A stretch of DNA of 64,000 bases from Strigamia acuminata. Lineage: Eukaryota. The notes beneath the pieces are model-generated. The model was not told the origin of the DNA. It saw nothing but the letters and a program-made list of their open reading frames with translations, and made no database searches. Both the position numbers and the translations under genes were made by a program. Below are positions 25,837-38,300 of this stretch, in pieces. Position 1 is the stretch's first letter; each line of letters opens with the position of its first letter. The DNA lies in assembly GCA_949358305.1 (NCBI GenBank), contig OX442314.1, positions 20,026,001 through 20,090,000 on the forward strand, written 5' to 3'.

Positions 25837-26195
25837 GGGGCCGTCCATAAATTACGTAACGCCTTAGTGGGGGGGGAAGGGGGTTTCAAACTTTGTTATG
25901 GGTTGTTACGACGGAAAGGGAGGGTTTTCAATAATGTTACGTGACATTATTAAAAGATTGAAAATTGTACTTTAAATGCTTCAATTTATTAAAATTTTGT
26001 TTTGTAAATTGTAAATTTGAAAATTGAAATTGAAAATTACTGAATTTGTATTAGATATCAAAATTTAGGGGGGTGGTCAGTTTTGTTACGTAATTTCCTA
26101 GAGGGGGTTTGCGGATTTGTTACGACCTTGTTACAGGGAGAGGAGGGGGGTCTAAAAATCCAAAAGTTTGCGTTACGTAATTTATGGACGGCCCC
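25837..26195. mobile_element. PIF/Harbinger-type MITE
   Basis: TIR ggggccgtccataaattacgtaacgc; TTA TSD. Confidence 0.85.
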
Positions 26196-26673
26196 TTATA
26201 TAGCTTAATAAATTGTCTCCTAGTAGCACCAGCAATTTAAGTAACGAAAATTAAATTGAAAGCTTCGAAAAAGTCCCTCAAACAGAAAGGCTACAAAACA
26301 AGACGAGAAATACATTCTTAGTTATTTTATAAATTGATTATAAATAATAGCTTCATATTACTTTTAAAAAAAATTATAAAAGAAAAATTAATCAAATACT
26401 AAGTAATTAATAAATATTGGGTATGAAACGATTCCATTTCAATTTTTATTCAGGATATGGTATGGTACTAATGAACACACTATAAACCTCAGACAATAGT
26501 TATTGTCCAATTAATGTTGCTGAAAATGCCCTGTGTATTCAAGTTTAGTTTACTATTACGGATTTAAAAAATAATTTAATCTTAATTCAAATTACGAAAT
26601 GATATAAAACAATAGCACAGTAAATTCTAATTGCTTCACAGTGGTATTATCAGCTGTGTTATTAGTTGTCAAC

Positions 26674-28100
26674 ATGTGTAAAAAAATACCAATTTCAATT
26701 TTCTTGATCGTTTGGATGGTCTCATTGACACTGGTAATGATAATGATTGACAACAGCATTGTTCAAATTTTTTTTTAAAATTCTTTTCTGTGCTTAAATT
26801 TAATTCCTTTTACAGGTGGGGCAAGCCCACGGTGATGATGGTGAGATAGAGCCACCCCAAGCTCATCAACACCATCATGTGGGGCAAGAAAGCAGTTCCT
26901 CAAGCAGTTCCTCAAGCGAGGAACACCATAATCCAAACGCACAACCACAACACCAACAAGGCAACAGACAACCTCAACACCAACAAGGTAACAGACAACC
27001 TCAACACCAACAAGGCAACAGACAACCTCAACACCAACAAGGCAACAGACAACCTCAACACCAACAAGGCAACAGACACCCGCATGGCCAACGAGGCGGC
27101 AACAAACAATTGGATAGTTCAGGAGGAGGATTCAATGCAAATATAAATCAAAATAATGAATTTTCACCTAATTTTGGAAATATGGGAGCAATTGGAAGTA
27201 TTGGGGGGAGAGCAGCAACGCAAGGTTCTGGATTCAATACAGAAGGCGGTGGTAATATGAAAGGAAGAGCAGCTAGTCAACTGGACAGTTCAGGAGGAGG
27301 CTTCAATGCAAATATAAATCAAGATAATAATTTTTCACCTACTTTTGGAAATATGGGAGCAATTGGAAGTATTGGGGGGAGAGCAGCAACGCAAGGTTCT
27401 GGATTCAATACAGAAGGCGGTGGTAATATGAAAGGAAGAGCAGCTAGTCAACTGGACAGTTCAGGAGGAGGCTTCAATGCAAATATAAATCAAAATAATG
27501 AATTTTCACCTAATTTTGGAAATATGGGAGCAATTGGAAGTATTGGCGGAAGGGCAGCTACTCAACTGGAGAGTTCGGGAGGAGGCTTCAATGCAAATAT
27601 AAATCAAAATAATAATTTTTCACCTACTTTTGGAAATATAGGAGACATTGGAAGTATTGGCGGAAGGGCAGCTAGTCAACTGGAGAGTTCGGGAGGAGGC
27701 TTCAATGCAAATATAAATCAAAATAATAATTTTTCACCTAATTTTGGAAATATGGGAGAAATTGGAAGTATTGGCGGAAGAGCTTTTGATGGGAAAGCTT
27801 CGAAAATAGGAAGTTATTTAGAAAACCTTTCCGAAGATGACATCGCTAAGTTCTTGTATTATGGCATAACATCTTTGGTAAATCATGCTAACTCAAAACA
27901 CAAAGTTTCGAAGCACCCACAAAAACCTGAATACTTTTTTGACTTTCGAAAAATTTATTTGCCTACCGACCGCAGGTATCACTATCATATTTTCACTGTA
28001 TAAATGCTGTGATTGAATTTAATTTTTTTTCTTCTTTTTACTTTTAAAACTTTTCAGTGATAGTTCTTCATCGGAATCAGGTTCCAGCAGTGATGAGTAA
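26674..28100 (+). CDS. Secreted repeat precursor, member 2 (5 long + 2 short cassettes)
   Basis: Exons 26674-26733 (MCKKIPISIFLIVWMVSLTL), 26816-27975 and 28058-28100. Contains a His block, SSSSSSSSSEE and about 5 HQQGNRQPQ repeats. Confidence 0.88.
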
Positions 28101-30024
28101 ATGAAGAGTCGTGACACAATCTATGGCATGTAATAAAATGTATGTAATAAAATCTGATAATTCAAAATTAAACAAAAAAAAATATTTATGTACATTACAA
28201 TAACTCAGAGAATAAAAAAATTAAGAAATTTGATTAAAGAATATCAAATCTTTGAATTGAATTTTTTCTTCTTTTTTTATTTATAATTTTTCAGTGTCCT
28301 GGATAGATCTTCAGAGCAAAGGTTAAGCAGATCTGGGCAGTAATTATGTAATTCTCTTCCCCAGGGTGGGTTCAGACCCCCCCCCCCCATTTCCCCAAAA
28401 GAATTGTTGTGCGCAATTTCAATTTTCAATATACCGGTAGATTCGTTTTATTTTAATTTGGGACAGGAGGCATTTTCTTTGTACTTTATTTGAATTATTT
28501 TAATGTATTAAATATTCCAGGATTTACTTTGTATAAAAATTGTGACAGAAAAATACAGTTTTTAATTTTGTTAATTGTATACACCCCTTCAGTGGTTCAG
28601 CTGCTTTAAATCTATCTACCAGGGAGCATAAAAATCGATTGAGATTAAATGACATCAATCTTTACCCGGTCACTTGTCGTAGTGTTGCATTGTGATGTCA
28701 TTCACATTCATAATAAAGTATTGTTTTACGAGACAACATGCACCATTTCAATACCGTCGACGAACATTCCAGTCGTGACCGATACCGTTCACATTGACGA
28801 GAAACTTCAGACCAAAAACTAAACGTGGATAGACTACAATACAGCCAAAGAAATGACCAATTAGTTGGCTCAACGTGATCCCCTACATGTACATACCTTT
28901 TTGAGTCTTACATCTGTTTATCTAAAAAAATTATAAACTTTGAAACTTGGACTCCGACCTTCAAAGCTACGGAGAGGCCCTCTCTCCCGTACTCCAATAT
29001 CCATACCCCGCAGACACTTCGAAAACTTGGTAAACACACCGCGCGTAGGAAGGCGAAGCGACCCAACGATGCTTCACTGCATCACGCGCTGCGCGACCAT
29101 CATGATGTAGTTACGCACAAAAAAAGAATCGTTTTCGACCTGAATTTCTTTCGACTTGAGGAGAAGCAGAAAACCCGAAAACGTAATTAAAACGCGTTTT
29201 GAATTAAAACAAATTAAAAAATTAAATTAAATCAAGTGAAAACACGATTCGGATGTTGATTGAAACGAATGTACCGTAGCTTATAAAATGTGATTAATCC
29301 GGTATAAATGTAAGAACACCAAAATTTAAAAACAGCCATACTGCAAGCTTTGCGGATGCCAAAGGTCACTGAATATCGAAAAGAATACTGGTTGGAGTCG
29401 AAAGAATTTTAAGTGAAAAATATCCAGTCGAAAATAATTACCAAAAACTTAAAATAGGTGCTTTGTTTTGAAAAATTTTACTGACCCTATAAAACACCAT
29501 AATTTTTCACATACACGACACAATACTGGCCAAAAAAATTGTACATCTTTAGTATAATCAAAGTAAAATTTAAAATTTATTAGGAGTATACGCTACTAGC
29601 ACCAGCAATTAAAATAAACCAGCGGCAGAATTTGAAACTACGGTAAATTAAAAGTTTTGAAAGAACTTCACCCCTACCCCCCTCCCACTAAAGACTACGA
29701 ACACACGCTTTATTATTTTTTTCATTATATGTATAACTAATAAAAATTGATATACCGTAATACCATTTTATGAAACTATTTCATTTCAAATTTTATTCAG
29801 GATATGGTATGATACTTAATGAACACACTATAACCTTGTACAATACAGCAGTTATTGGCCATAGTTAAATGTTGCTGGAAATACCTTATGTATTCAAGTT
29901 TACTATTACGGATTTAAGAACAATAAAATCTTAATTCAAATTACTAAATGATATAAAATAATAGCACACTAAATTCGAATTATTTTACATTAACAGTAGC
30001 ATTATCAGTTATTAAGTCACTAAC

Positions 30025-30931
30025 ATGCTTAAAACGATGCAAATTTCAATTTTCTTGTTTGTTTTTATGATCACATTGACAAAAGTAATGAGTAATGATT
30101 GCTACCAAATTTTTTCAATATCTTTCTCAACATTCTTTTTCTTTGCACATTTCTTTTTTACAGAGTCAACAAAACACACCTGATGAACAACAACCTGGTG
30201 TGATAAAAAAACCTCACTTAGATGAGAAAAACTAAAAAAATTGTTTGTCCATTCTAATTTTTAATATTATTTTTAGGCAACGATCAAACGGGTGGTCGCG
30301 AGAGACAACCATTTGGTGTTGGAACCAACAGAAAACCATTTGGTGTTGGAACCAGACAAGAAGGCGACGGACAAGAAGGCGACGGACAAGAAGGCAACGG
30401 ACAAGAAGGCGACAGTCAACCGCAATATCAACAAAACAGCCGACAACCGCAACAAGGACAAAGGCAAAAAGACAACAGAAAACCACGAGGCCAACGAGGC
30501 GGCAACAAACAACTGGATACTACAGGAGGAGGATTTAATGCAAATATAAATCAAGATAATAATTTTTCACCTAATTTTGGAAATATGGGATCTATTGGAA
30601 GTATTGGCGGAAGAGCTCTTGGAGCAAGTGGGAAAGCTTCGAAAATAGGAACTTATTTAGATAACCTTTCCGAAGATGACATTGCGAAGTTCTTGTACTA
30701 CGGCATTAAATATTTAATAAATAATGCTAATCAAAAACACAAAGGTTCGACACAGGCACATAAACCAGAATACTTTTTCGATTTTCGTCAAATTTATATG
30801 CCTACTGACAGCAGGTACGACTATCATGTTTTCACTGTACAAAAATGTTGTAATTGAATTGAAATTTTTAAAAAAACTTTTCGCTTTAATAATTTTTCAA
30901 TAGCTCTTCAAGCGAAAGTTCAGCTGAATAA
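30025..30931 (+). CDS. Secreted repeat precursor, member 3 (1 cassette)
   Basis: Exons 30025-30084, 30164-30197 (assumed alternative donor), 30277-30814 and 30904-30931 (SSSSESSAE*); QEGDG repeats; YFFDF domain. Confidence 0.75.
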
Positions 30932-31601
30932 GGGCAGTAACGAGAAAGTTTCTTCCGCCAGATGGCTTTGAGCAGACGCGTGACGAGGGCGAGGAAACAG
31001 TGATTCAAACTTTATGGATTTTGTTGATAGATGGCTGTTTTTTGTTTATTCAATTTTATGTATTCTAATTGGTTTTGTCAAATGTGTCGTCAAAGTGCAT
31101 ACTTATTTTCTCTATTACTTTATTAAACGACTCTGAAACATAAACATTAAGTTTATTATACTGTTACACAAACAAAAAAAATTGTTTTACATCCGTGAAG
31201 TAAATGCTTTTATTCAGGGATTTATTGTTGGAACTTATACAACTGGGATGGTTGTAATTCCGACTGCTGAAATGCAGTCATCATAAGAATACTCATTTTG
31301 AGGGCCCGGGGAGAAAATGAGGAATCCAAACAATTGATTTTGTAAGTCGACTGGTTTTAATATAAGAAATGAGTGAGCGACGTTGCTAGGCAGTTGTAGC
31401 CTAGCAACAGTGTTATGAATTACTATTGTTACACCGTAGTGATGTCAAACAGACAAGACAGTGGCGGCGAGCGGCGATCCGAGTCCAGTGGCGGCGATCC
31501 GAGTCCAGTGGCGGCAAGCTGGGTCTGGTGGCGGCGATCCAAGTCCGGCAGCGACGAGCGGTGACAAACGGCGACTTGAGTCCTGCGGTGGCGAGCGGCA
31601 A

Positions 31602-34254
31602 AGTTAGATTATATTTGATATACAATGAGTATGTGTAATGAATGGTTACAATTGTAGTTCCCATGAATAAGACAAATTGTAACAGAGAACAATAAAATAC
31701 AAAGAGGTGTAGATTCACCTTTGTTATGTTTCGATGAATGAAAGTGATGTGTGTGTGAATTTCTCTCAATTCTAAATTGCCCCAACATGGGTTATGGGCC
31801 CCAGTCACGGTGGGAAGTCAAGATAATGACAGAAAAATTTACGAATTAATTCGTGTGCTGATTCAAGTTTTTTTTTTCGACTTTAAAACGAATGTTGACG
31901 TTCGGAAATGGCGGCCAAGTTGGAACAGTCGGCCACATACGTGGAAAAATTGAATGGCAAGAACTATCCATCATGGGAATACCGCGTGCGTATTTTGCTT
32001 CGAGCGAAAGATGTCTGGACGTCTGTAAAGACGATTTCCCGGTCAAAGCGTTGGGCGAGAGCGACGTGGATTTCAAGGCAAGACAAGACGTATGGAATAC
32101 TAAGGATATTGAGGCACTGAATTTGATCCTCCAGACCATCGACTCGGCACAACTTATGTTGGAAATGAATGAGAGGAGATGGCATTGATTGTTGCTGATA
32201 TACTCGTTTATTCAGCGCGCACGTTATTGCAACGATCTGCACGTTCCCGCAACGTCACCGGAAGTCACGTGATGGGTCAGTGGTACAGTCATAATACACA
32301 TAACTCCCCCTGGCGGTGGGAGACCCTTACACGGGATTTGGAATACACTGGGCCAGGTGACACAAAATATCAACAACTTAGACATGTATTAAATAAGGAT
32401 ACGGCCAAGGAGGCCTGGATGGCTTTGAAAATCTAAAATCAAAGCAATTTAGCAGAACTAAAAGTGCAGAAGAGAGTCGAATTGGGGCACACGATGATGA
32501 AGCAAGGCTGGCCGTGCCTGGCATAAAACATTGGAGGCAGAACTGTTGAAAGTTGGTTTTTTCAAGCATCCGAGTGAACAATGTGTTTATGTTTACATGA
32601 GTGGAAAATCAACCATAATTATGGCAACATATGTTGATGATTTGTTGACTTTGGACAACAATAGTGAATTATTAGACCAATTAATGGCAAGGATACGACT
32701 CCGGATAAAGGTGATAGATTTGGGCGAGATAAAGAGCTTATTGGGCATACAAATAAAGCAGGATCAGAAGAAAAATCAAATCACCTTAGATCAATCCAAA
32801 TATATTTTTCAGTTAGCGTCCAAATTTGTTTTGGACCAAGCAAGGGGCCGCTGTACTGGGCGCGACATAGCCAGGCGCGACTGTCGCGCTTCGAAATGTG
32901 AAAGGATTTCGAAGCGCGACAAGAAAGTACACGTTATTTCAAAACGCAACAAAAATTTTTTTTTGAATGCAGCTAACGTGTATTCATAAGGGAAAATGCT
33001 TTGGATCAGAATGCTGTGACCAACTGGCAGCCGCCAGTTGACTTCCCGTCTTCGATGTGACAATTCGTGTCACGTTGTCCGAACGTGACGCAACACATTC
33101 GCTGGTGTCGCGCCACGCTATTCTAACGTGTCGCGCCACGCTATTCCTAGGTGTCGCAAACTGCAGCTTGTCGCGCCAAGCTATTGACAACAATGTTGCG
33201 CCCATTGCTAAGCGCGAATCGCAATGTCGCGCCTAGCTATGTCGCGCTCTGTACGCATCACCCAAGCAAGGACGGTAAAAGTTCCGATGGAAGTTTCACA
33301 AAAATTGGACGCCCCGAATTATCCATTGGGACCATCAGCGACAGACAAGCCTTACAGAGAACTCATAGGCGCGTTACTCTACCTTGCACAGGGTACGCAC
33401 CCTGATATTGCATTCCCAGTCTCATTCCTCTCCCAGTGTTTAAACGATCCAAAACAGGCCCACTGGATTGCTGCGAAGAGAATTTTGAGATATTTAATTG
33501 CGACTGTAAATTATCGCTTGAGGTACGTGGGTACCAGTGGAGACTTAACAGGATATACGGATTCATCTTGGAATTCCTGTAATGCAGGTGCAAAATCATT
33601 TGCGGAATTTATCACGACATTTAACAGGACGGCCATTACGTGGCAGGCAAAGAAACAAAGCCTAATCAGCTTATCATCATGTGAAGCTGAATTTTCAGGC
33701 CTGGTTGAAGTAGCAAAAAAAATAAAATGGGTCAAGAATGTATTCGAAGACTTAAAGTTGACTGAAGGAAAGCAACCCATAATTATTTATTGCGATAATC
33801 AACCGGCAATTGACTTGACGAAAAATCCTTGTTACCACGCCAGAACCAAACACTTTAACAGAAGAGTATCTTTTATTAGACAAGATGTTAATGAAGGAGT
33901 TTACAAAGTAAATTATTTACCAACGAATGCGATGCTCGCGGATATGATGACAAAAGCCGTCTCTGAAACGAAATTGAAGCAAGCATGCGAAGGAATAGGA
34001 TTAGTGGATTTTTCAAATGAAAACAAATTGTAAATCTCATATACATATATTAAGTATTTAATATGGGCAGTGTTAGATTATATTTGATATACAATGAGTA
34101 TGTGTAATGAATGGTTACAATTGTAGTAACCATGAATAAGACAAATTGTAACAGAACAATAAAAGACAAAGAGGTATAGATTCACCTTTGTTATGTTTCG
34201 ATGAATGAAAGTGATGTGTGGGTGAATTTCTCTCAATTCTAAATTGCCCAAACA
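31602..34254 (+). mobile_element. Decayed, internally deleted Ty1/copia element (copia-2)
   Basis: Diverged LTRs at 31602-31787 and 34071-34254; TSD ggcaa/ggcga; PBS ggttatgggccccagt; gag start (VEKLNGKNYPSW), RT YVDD fragment and RNase H (YTDSSW, CDNQPA); protease and integrase missing. Confidence 0.9.
32846..33262. mobile_element. MULE-like MITE inserted in copia-2 RT
   Basis: TIRs gtactgggcgcgacatagccaggcgcgac / gtcgcgcctagctatgtcgcgctctgtac; 9-bp TSD caagcaagg duplicates RT residues QAR. Confidence 0.85.
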
Positions 34255-35344
34255 GGCGACCGACTGAAGGAGCACCGGCGGCGAGCGGCGAGCTGACCTC
34301 TTGGACGTGGCCGATGCGGAGACAAATCTCCATGCCTTATAAGATAAAACACAAGGAGGAAAGCAACATGGTGCCCAAGATGGGGAATCTAGAGCACACT
34401 CTAGTGGCAGAAAAAATTAAACAAAAAAAAACTTAATCCTGCACAACACCCTGTCATAAAACAAGAGATGAGCAACAAATAACTGCTTTGTGCAGAGAAG
34501 GTAAATACAGCAAGGAGCCAACTAGTTACTTAAAAATTAAACATTAAAACAAAAACAATTCATTAACAACTTAAATTTCTACAACTACAAATACATTTCT
34601 CAAGTCAGTTTTCCTCGCTGATCTGCAACAAGACACTGAATAAAGGCCATAAACCATTAAATACAGTCTCTTGTGCTAATTCAATCAATGTGTCATGCAT
34701 CCAGCACTATTTAGGCATTCCCGTGCCCTAATGGCGTCCTTCCATTCTCACATTTTCATAAAAATTGATGTATTGCAATGCTATTTTATGAAATATCAAA
34801 AATTGTTTCTAATTTCTTTTTCTCGTATAGATTTCTCAGGAATTTTCTCTAATCACAAAAGTACTAGTCAAATCCATATATCCTCATACTCCTGTGAAAG
34901 TGATAGAAGTAAAATATTTGGATCGACCTCAAATTAAATCTAGTTTTAATCAAATCTTGAAATTTTAAGCAGTTAAATAGATACATCTGAAGAAAGTATA
35001 AACAAAATTTCATGCCAATCGAGCTTGAATTAATAAAAATAGAAGCATATTTCAAAGTAACATTTGATTCATATATCCTCATACCAGCTTGCACATGGTA
35101 CAAATATTTTCATACTCTGTATTTTAATGTAAAAATATTTACATTCACAAAATAGTTTTATGTAAATATGATCTTGCTAGTAAGAATAGCATAAAACCTT
35201 TCAATTATAGATATTTTGTCAGTAAAATGTCTCCAAAAAAGGCTGTTGTGAGCGCTGAAACATGACTGTATTGGACAAGTTGCACATTGACCTGGGTATT
35301 TTCCTTTTAAAACTTATAGTATTCCCTTTAAGAACAGCAGTATG

Positions 35345-38300
35345 TGTTGGGGTAATTGCGCATGCTCAATCCAATAATATAGTGCACGTCGCGTGCCGTT
35401 GTTTCTTTTCACACTTTGTATTATTCTTGCCGAGTAAAAGGTTGTTTCTGTTTTCTCCTCTTCAAACTGACTTTTTATTCTACGAAATATAACAAATTGG
35501 TAGCAGAGGATTGGTTTTGCCGAAAAAGCATCTACCCTCGCTTGATAAACGGTTTTTTCGAGAGAATTAAGAACGTTGCTGAGACGAAACGGATTGGGAG
35601 GCAAGGCTTATTTTTGGGACTCGTAATTCGAACGTCGTCGCAATTCGAACATATTCTGATGGCGGACACAATTGCTGGTGGGTCGCTAAATAGAATCGAC
35701 CAGTTAAACGTGGACAACTATTTTGTTTGGCAATATAAGCTCGAAGCACTTTTGTCCGCGAAAGGGCTAAGTGGCGCACTTACTGAACAAGAACCGGAAA
35801 AACCGGGAGATCCAGCAGATGCGGATTACGACGCCAAAGAGAAGGCGTACGAGAAATGGGCCAAACAAAATAGCGAGGCACTTGGAATTATTGTGCTTAC
35901 TATTTCTGAGCAACAAGCGGTTTGCTGCCTCGGCGAAAAGCACGCAAAAGCTGTTTGGGAAATCTTGAAGAAACGGCACGCGGGTACGACAGTACGAAAG
36001 CGCATCGATGCAGGTATCGAGTTGGGAAAGCTGCGGATGCGCGCGGAGGAAAGTCTTGACGGCTATCTAAATCGGGCCTTAGCAACACAGGCCAAAGCCA
36101 AGGCTGTAGGACGAGACACTCCGGATCAGGAAGTCGTTCTGTACGCGTCGTTGGGGCTAAACGCCAAATTCATCCATATAGCGCGGGATTTTCGTTCGAG
36201 ACCGGATGCGACGTTTGACGAATTCCGTAGTTCTTTGCTCCTCGAAGAGCAGTTGAGCTCATCAACCCAGGGGACTTCGGCGGTGACGACAGCAGCTTTC
36301 AAAGCAGTCGTCGGGAAGAACTCTGGCGGGAGAAAGTCACGGACTGAAGGTAAAGCGGCTTGTTATGAATGCGGAAAGGCAGGCCACATTGCAAAAAATT
36401 GCTGGGCGCGTTATCCGGAAAAACGACCAAAAACCCAAGCCAAGGAGACGGCAAAAGTCGCGCAGACGCAAGCTCCGCATCATGCTTACGTCGCAGATTC
36501 GTCGCCAGGAGGCGCTGACAAAAAGCCCAAACATCACGCTTTTGTTGTCGTTTTTGGCGACAATGCGAGCCGTTCGGGATGGGTGCTCGACTCGGGTGCA
36601 TCAACGCACATGACCTGTCGACGCGACTGGTTCGTAACGTTCGAAGAGGACGAAACGATTGTCACGACGGCAAAACAGGGCGTGGAGCTCGTAGCCAAGG
36701 GAAGAGGCACCGTCGTTGTCAAATGTCGGAAATCACAATCTGAATGGACGGAAATATCATTGCTCGATGCTCTGTACGTCCCCGACCTGAAAGGCAATCT
36801 TTTATCGGTTTTCAAAATGACTGCGCGACAGTACAAGGTATTTTTTGAGAAGGATGTCGCCAACGTCGTTGACCCAACTGGCGAGACCATTGCGCAAGGT
36901 ACCAAAAGTGGGAACTTGTTCTTGATGGAGACGCAGCACGAAAATGCGTGCCTGGCGGACGACGTGAGCGGCGCAGATCAGCCAGTCGCTGAAGCTGGAC
37001 ACGTGAGCGAGAAAGAGTTGTGGCACGGACGTTTGTGCCATGTCGGCCAAAGAACTCTTGTCAAGATGCGCGACCAAGAAGTGGTACATGGGCTGAAGTT
37101 TAAAGATGAACAACTGCCAACGTGCTCTTCGTGCGTGCAGGGCAAGATGACCAAGACCCCCTTCAAACGCATAAAAGGAAAGCAGTCCCAGAAAACTCTG
37201 GAACTCGTCCACGCTGATCTTGTGGGGCCTTTCCAAGTTCCTTCTCTGTCGGGCAGCAGATTCGCAATGATTCTTACGGACGATTTTTCGAGAATGAAAT
37301 TTTCGTATTTTTTGAAAGAGAAATCTCAGAGCTTCACCTTCTTTAAGGCTTTCAAAGCCCTCAATGAGCGACAGACTGGACACGAGTTACGTCGCCTACG
37401 GACGGATAACGGCGGAGAGTTTGTCAACAACGAATTCCGTGGTTTTTGCGAAGAGCAGGGCATCAAACACGAGTTGACGGTCCCGTACAACGCCTCTAGC
37501 AATGGAATCGCGGAACGCAGCAACCGGACACTCATCGAGTCTACGAGATCACTACTGCTGGAATCCAAACTGCCATTACGTTTTTGGGCCGAGGCGCTTG
37601 CGACAGTCGTACACGTCAAAAATCGAGTAATGACCAAACCGAATGGAAACGTGGTCCCAGCGGAAATATGGTCGCAGCGCAAGCCAACGGTGGCATACCT
37701 TCGTATTTTTGGATGCAAGGCATGGGCACACGTTCCTGCGCAACAAAGGCGCAAACTTGACAGCAAAGCAAGACAAGGAATTTTCGTTGGATACGCCACT
37801 GACCGCAAGGCTTATCGAGTTTTTGATCCAGAGACTGACGACATAGTCGAAGCAAGATCCGTAGTATTTGATGAATTCACGCGCGGAGCCGATTTTTTCC
37901 GCCTCAAACGAAGTGATTTTGACGATCAACGTTTTTGCGCAAGACACGAGGCAGAGATATTCATGGACGAACCAACTTTTGAAAAGCAAGTTGATCCTGC
38001 AAATGCAAATGCGCGCGACGTTGCAAATGCGCGCGACGTTGCAAATGCGCGCGACGCAGATGTCCCTGCGCACGACGAAGAACCAGAGCCAAACCGTCCT
38101 GTTGGTCGACCAAGGGGCGCGACGGCTGAAGCGACAAACTTGCGCCACGAGTTGGAGATGCGGGAACGGGAACAGCACCTGGTTGAGACGGGCGTACGAC
38201 GCTCACAGCGCCTAATGGACCAGCGTGAAGCTGCGAATCTTGCCACGGAGGAGCTGTTCACACCAGAGACCTACGCTGAAGCGATGGGGTGTCCAGACAG

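Noticed and set aside
26877..27146. Alternative-frame ORFs (TNKATDNLN..., LVLRLSVAL...) over the Gln-rich repeats here and at 23423, 30273, 30292, 42579, 42684
   Set aside because: Stop-free by-products of coding minisatellites; they do not fit the splice phases.
27220..27270. Resemblance of the short cassette GFNTEGGG to sea-urchin speract (GFDLNGGGVG), a peptide that signals through a receptor guanylyl cyclase
   Set aside because: Very short Gly-rich match; the unit is more simply explained as a derivative of the long cassette, and there is no evidence of homology.
34864..35103. Duplicated 79-aa ORF (also 40669-40908)
   Set aside because: Consequence of the inverted arms of a foldback element; TTG start, no coding signal.
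35416..35658. N-terminal extension of the copia-3 ORF
   Set aside because: Starts at TTG inside the LTR and crosses the PBS; gag homology begins at ATG 35659.
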